Below, one piece after another: positions 43,761 to 47,636 of a DNA stretch of 47,636 bases. The stretch's first letter is position 1. Every line of letters starts with the position of its first letter. A program made the translations under genes and the position numbers. This DNA is from an uncultured Gammaproteobacteria bacterium (GTDB lineage: Bacteria > Patescibacteriota > Microgenomatia > Daviesbacterales > UBA10151), in contig CAZFZP010000001.1 in assembly GCA_964523515.1 (NCBI GenBank), positions 10,079-57,714 on the forward strand, in the 5' to 3' direction. The notes under the pieces are model-generated. The model saw only the letters and a program-made list of their open reading frames with translations. It was not told the DNA's origin and did not search any database.

Positions 43761-45308
43761 TTATTGACTAAGTAAAAGTCGCACCTCATCTGTTATATCA
43801 GAGATTCTTTTATCTCTAATACGGTAAGCATAGACTCCTTGTATTAAATCTTCTTTCGACCATCTCTCGGACTTTTTTAAATCAAGATCTTTTTTTAAAA
43901 TTTTCAGGTCATCGTATACAACCGGGTAAAACTGTTTGTCCCAGGTCTTAGAGAGCACCATAATTTTAAACCCCAAGCCAAAGATCACAGAGTGTGCAAC
44001 CCTAGCATCATCTACATCTAAATAAATGGCAACTGGTGCTTTTATCGGAGAGGTAAATCTGTTAACAATCTGTTGCTCAGTTAATTTTATAAACTCACTC
44101 GATCTTCCATTTTCCAACCAATATCTATAGATCGCTTTGGTTGAGGAAAGGTGGATCAGAATCAATAAAACTAACACAACGTACACCAATACTCGAGGTA
44201 AAGAATTATTCTTAATGACCAAAAAAAGAATTACAGTCAGATAAAACAATAGAGTCACAAAGTTAACCCACAGATACCGATGCGAAGAGTCGATTAACAG
44301 TATTGGGTTGTAGTACCACATTTCCAACATAAAGATTAAAAAGTTGCATCCAAATATTGCACTCCATAAATAGCTGTTATTTCCTTTGACCAGTTTTAAG
44401 ATCGTTACTAATATAGATAATAAAATTATGGAGCCAATGAGTTTTATACTAAATAATCCTAAGATCGAACCATCTGGTACTACTAAGACACCTAGCCAAT
44501 GTAAATAAGTTCCAATGGCACCCGGGATATCAGATATAACAACTGATAGGAACTTATTGAATGACCACTCCCCATATGAGTATACGCCAAAAGGCCCGCC
44601 AAAAAGACCAGCTCCCCATAGACTGACTACTATTAGCAAAAATCCTACAAACTTTACAAAAATCTGCCTCACTTTTTGATAATCTTTGCGATAAATTAGC
44701 AAGATTATAAAATCCATCACCGGGATGGCGAAAACTAATGGAAACATCCTGACTGATCCACTGATTAAAGATAGTGTTATAAAAAGTAGATGTAACCACA
44801 GATCTTTAGTTTTGAATCGTTGATAGAAGTTAATTTGAAAATAGGTACTAATAATATAAAAAGCGGAGGCTAGATAAATATTCATGTAGTGTGCCCAATC
44901 CGTATTTTGAATACCGGTATAACTAACTAAGAAAAAGAGGGCTATCAAGAAGCTTAGGAGCTTAACCTGGGAGTTTGTTTGTTTAATCATCGTTCTCCCT
45001 ATCTCCTGGCAAAATAAGTAGATCGAGAAGGTCGCAAACATCCTGAACAGGAATGAAACTATGTAATATGGCATATAGTCTGTCCCGAATATTTTATAAA
45101 GATTACCGACAATGAAAAAAGATGATCCCCATGGAGCTAAGTATTTTAAAATACCCGGCAGAGGCGAAAAGTATGGGTATTGATCCCGGCCATTTTCACT
45201 AATGAATTCATAAATATCTATCCATTCATCGCCATAAATAGCCAGCAAGAAACTAGCATGATGAGTGAAAATACCTACTAAAAATAGTATTAGAAATATT
45301 AAAATCAC
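43761..45308 (-). CDS. Polytopic membrane protein of unknown family, GT-C-like architecture (member 3 of the paralog set)
   Basis: 515 aa with about 12 hydrophobic segments plus a C-terminal soluble domain of about 130 aa. The motif AIYGDEWIDIYEF follows TM1, and RMFATFSIYLF is present. Confidence 0.5.
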   Translation of the reverse strand: MILIFLILFLVGIFTHHASFLLAIYGDEWIDIYEFISENGRDQYPYFSPLPGILKYLAPWGSSFFIVGNLYKIFGTDYMPYYIVSFLFRMFATFSIYLFCQEIGRTMIKQTNSQVKLLSFLIALFFLVSYTGIQNTDWAHYMNIYLASAFYIISTYFQINFYQRFKTKDLWLHLLFITLSLISGSVRMFPLVFAIPVMDFIILLIYRKDYQKVRQIFVKFVGFLLIVVSLWGAGLFGGPFGVYSYGEWSFNKFLSVVISDIPGAIGTYLHWLGVLVVPDGSILGLFSIKLIGSIILLSILVTILKLVKGNNSYLWSAIFGCNFLIFMLEMWYYNPILLIDSSHRYLWVNFVTLLFYLTVILFLVIKNNSLPRVLVYVVLVLLILIHLSSTKAIYRYWLENGRSSEFIKLTEQQIVNRFTSPIKAPVAIYLDVDDARVAHSVIFGLGFKIMVLSKTWDKQFYPVVYDDLKILKKDLDLKKSERWSKEDLIQGVYAYRIRDKRISDITDEVRLLLSQ

Positions 45309-46495
45309 CTGTTAATGAATTTAAGTAAAGATTTAGCCCGGACCTCCCAAGACCAATTTGTCTCAAGCATTTTTAATCCTTCTTTAGTTATCTTACTACT
45401 TATCTTATGATTATTAAGAAGTAGTAAAACTTGATTAGCAAAGGCTTTAATATCGCCAACTCTTACCTTAGTCATCCCTTTTGGGTAATATGAGTTGTAG
45501 GCTTTAAGATCAAATCCAACCACTGGTACTCCAAAAGCCATAGCCTCGAGTGAGGCCATACCACCACTATCAAAAAAGGCTGAATGTAATACTATCTTAC
45601 TTTGAGAAAATATTTTGTATTTTTCCGATCCATCAAACACATATCCAAAGAGTTTTACATTGTTTTCTAATTTTTCACTTTTAATTTTTAACTTTACACT
45701 TTCCATTAACGGCCCATCTCCTATCATTGCCAGCTTTGCATCCGGTTTTGAGTCAACAACTATCCTCCAAATACTAACCAGTTCCACGACTCCTTTCTGC
45801 GGATGAAATCTACCTTGAAAAACCCCATCATATAATTTTTTAGTAGAGGAGTGTTTCTGTCTATAAGAGTTAATCTTCTTAAGATCAATGGCTCCTAGCA
45901 TCACCATAACTTTAGCTCTTTGATTTAATATTTTAAACTGAGATCTCTCGTTTTCGTTATTCACCAAGATCAAATCTGCATACTTTGTGACGAGGGGTTT
46001 AACAGGAAATTGCACTAACCAATATAAGAAGGCGCTTAGGTAATGCTTGTTATCTCTACGACCTTCTGTAAATCCGTTTAAGGGGTTTGGAGCTGTTTGA
46101 TACCAGGCAGCTACCCATTTTATCTTAGGAAACCTTATTTTCAAAATTAATGCCGGGATGCTATCTTGCCAGAATTCTGAGGCAGAATAAATTATCGTTT
46201 TCGGGGAGTTTTCCAAGTTCAATCTTAAAGACTGATGTATTCCAATCCACACTCTAATAAAATAATTAATAAAAAAACCAAGCTTAGCTGCTTTGCGTGC
46301 AGACCATAAAATAAAATTTACTTTTTTTAGTCCTTCTCTTTTAGCGATAGCTAGCCCTTCCTCCCAAAGATAAACGTTTACCGAGAATTTTTCTGCTAAC
46401 TTTTTAGAAATTTCTATCCAAATTCTATCACCTCCAGATAATCCGTGTCCATAGGTTGCCATGCTGATTATGTGAAATCGAAGTTTATTTTTCAC
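45305..46495 (-). CDS. Glycosyltransferase family 4
   Basis: 396 aa. N-terminal segment SMATYGHGLSGGDRIW, and C-terminal SAFFDSGGMASLEAMAFGVPVVGFD. Confidence 0.75.
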   Translation of the reverse strand: MKNKLRFHIISMATYGHGLSGGDRIWIEISKKLAEKFSVNVYLWEEGLAIAKREGLKKVNFILWSARKAAKLGFFINYFIRVWIGIHQSLRLNLENSPKTIIYSASEFWQDSIPALILKIRFPKIKWVAAWYQTAPNPLNGFTEGRRDNKHYLSAFLYWLVQFPVKPLVTKYADLILVNNENERSQFKILNQRAKVMVMLGAIDLKKINSYRQKHSSTKKLYDGVFQGRFHPQKGVVELVSIWRIVVDSKPDAKLAMIGDGPLMESVKLKIKSEKLENNVKLFGYVFDGSEKYKIFSQSKIVLHSAFFDSGGMASLEAMAFGVPVVGFDLKAYNSYYPKGMTKVRVGDIKAFANQVLLLLNNHKISSKITKEGLKMLETNWSWEVRAKSLLKFINR

Positions 46496-47145
46496 TGGCG
46501 GGATTTTTTAAGAAATTTTGCCGGATTACCTACAAAAACTGACTCGTCAGGAACATCCTTCAAGACAACACTTCCCATACCAACAATGCTATATCTTCCT
46601 AGTTTAATACGCTCCCTGAGTGTGCTGTTTGATCCGATAAAACAAGATCTGCTGATGCGAACATACCCACCAACTGCAACTTTACTAGCTAAAAATGTGA
46701 AATCTCCGATCTTAGTGTCATGTCCAACGACCACACCAGGGTGTAGGGTAACGTGGTTACCAATATGTACATTAGTTCGCAACACCACCCCTGGTAAAAC
46801 AACTACACCCTTACCTAACTTTACTGTTCGAGAGATACTGGCAGTTGGATGAATTATTGTTACGAACTTTCGTAGTGATATTCCTGATCTTTTAAGAATA
46901 TCTTCGTTTGTAAAGAAGTTTATTACTGAATAAACGCCGTTTACAAAATAACAATCTGTATATCTATAAGCATCCTTGATTGTCCCCAAAACCTTAACAT
47001 CCATAATTTTACTGCCTTTTAGCTTCCGGTCATCATCAAGAATGCCAATTAATTGATATGTCTCTCTCAGCTCATTGATATCGGCGATCATATCGACAAT
47101 ATCCCTCGAGTTACCACCTGCTCCCAGGATAATTATTTTTTTCAT
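46492..47145 (-). CDS. PglD/NeuD-family sugar acetyltransferase (N-terminal Rossmann-like domain plus hexapeptide beta-helix)
   Basis: 217 aa. N-terminus MKKIIILGAGGNSRDIVDMI, then IIHPTASIS..VKLGKGVVVLPGVVL, and C-terminal VFVGNPAKFL. Confidence 0.75.
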   Translation of the reverse strand: MKKIIILGAGGNSRDIVDMIADINELRETYQLIGILDDDRKLKGSKIMDVKVLGTIKDAYRYTDCYFVNGVYSVINFFTNEDILKRSGISLRKFVTIIHPTASISRTVKLGKGVVVLPGVVLRTNVHIGNHVTLHPGVVVGHDTKIGDFTFLASKVAVGGYVRISRSCFIGSNSTLRERIKLGRYSIVGMGSVVLKDVPDESVFVGNPAKFLKKSRQ

Positions 47146-47151
47146 TTTCAG

Positions 47152-47160
47152 ATTATACCA
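47152..47160 (-). promoter_or_regulatory. Extended -10-like element (TGGTATAAT) 6 nt upstream of the NeuD/PglD-like gene's ATG
   Basis: The minus strand reads ...CTCATGGTATAATCTGAAAATG. No convincing -35. It could be chance in AT-rich DNA. Confidence 0.2.
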
Positions 47161-47179
47161 TGAGGCTAATTGAATCTTT

Positions 47180-47617
47180 CTAGACCGGCAGAAGGGTTGG
47201 TGCCAAATTATAATTTAATGACTGAATCAGTCGATCTAGCGTTAGTGTTGAAACCGAAGAAATCCATCGATCAACTGACTGAAAATATCTAGGTAGATTA
47301 TTAATATGTAACTCAATGCGATCACGATACCACCGCTCAGAGTGCCTGCCAGAAAGTGGACGACTGGTGTAAGTTTTCGCCCATTGAAGATAATCATCTG
47401 GTTGATAAAGTCTATTAGACTTTGGAAACCGTTTACCAAATTCATCAGCAATTCTGAGAACCACTCCTTCAGCTGGTGAGGTCTTCAGCACCTCATAAAT
47501 GTCCTTATCAGGAGGGGTGATTAATACGTCAGATCCTGGCATCACAACCAATAGATCGTCGCGGATACCAATTTTTTTTAGTAAGGCATGACCAACAAGT
47601 TCATTAAAATATAACAT
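47180..47617 (-). CDS. Hypothetical protein (no recognised motif)
   Basis: 145-aa ORF. A strong Shine-Dalgarno lies upstream on the minus strand (AGGGAGGGAG, plus-strand coordinates about 47627..47636) with a 9-nt spacer to the ATG at 47617. By eye it is richer in G+C than the rest of the window. Confidence 0.5.
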   Translation of the reverse strand: MLYFNELVGHALLKKIGIRDDLLVVMPGSDVLITPPDKDIYEVLKTSPAEGVVLRIADEFGKRFPKSNRLYQPDDYLQWAKTYTSRPLSGRHSERWYRDRIELHINNLPRYFQSVDRWISSVSTLTLDRLIQSLNYNLAPTLLPV

Positions 47618-47636
47618 ATGAGTAATCTCCCTCCCT

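Noticed and set aside
1-47636. CRISPR arrays, tRNA/rRNA genes, riboswitch-like leaders, transposases, integrases, phage genes, and defence or toxin-antitoxin modules.
   Set aside because: Non-coding space is tiny, with a single 199-bp gap and all others 71 bp or less. I saw no regularly spaced repeats or cloverleaf-like sequences. No ORF carries nuclease, recombinase, DDE or tyrosine-recombinase-type motifs. Despite its accessory-island flavour, the window shows no mobility genes.
1-47636. Alternative genetic code (UGA recoding, as in some candidate-phyla bacteria).
   Set aside because: Long uninterrupted ORFs with clean family motifs are obtained with the standard code. TGA is used as a genuine stop at motif-consistent protein ends, for example 42628..42630 and the ATGA junctions.

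Overview
AT-rich window (roughly one-third G+C by eye), almost entirely coding and read with the standard bacterial code. Bases 1..40926 form one unbroken minus-strand array of about 39 genes. Most neighbours overlap by 4-26 nt, and the largest gap is 71 bp. A 199-bp divergent intergenic region (40927..41125) leads to a three-gene plus-strand operon (41126..43736). Four more minus-strand genes (43761..47617) converge on that operon.

Nearly every gene concerns glycan synthesis. I count 7 GT4 and 11 GT2 glycosyltransferases plus one GT2 remnant, and 7 large polytopic membrane proteins. Four of those proteins carry recognisable GT-C (ArnT/PMT/YfhO/AftD-like) features. There is also a Wzx-type flippase, a Wzy_C (O-antigen ligase/polymerase-like) protein, 5 methyltransferase domains (one is a sugar C-methyltransferase, one is fused to a GT2) and 3 hexapeptide acetyltransferases.

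There are four apparent nucleotide-sugar modules:
- Gmd plus a ColD-like 3-dehydratase.
- A PseB/CapD-like UDP-GlcNAc 4,6-dehydratase.
- An SDR / C-methyltransferase / SDR triplet.
- A WlbA/WlbB/WlbC-like oxidoreductase / acetyltransferase / aminotransferase operon.

I saw no rRNA, tRNA, CRISPR array, transposase, integrase or obvious intrinsic terminator. All functional calls rest on motifs I recognise by eye in the supplied translations, since no searches were run.

The most interesting reading is a very large surface or protein glycosylation system for methylated, deoxy and acetamido sugars, built around many extracytoplasmic GT-C enzymes fed by polyprenol-phosphate sugars. This style is typical of small-genome, AT-rich uncultivated bacteria (possibly Patescibacteria/CPR), but that taxonomic guess is low-confidence inference.
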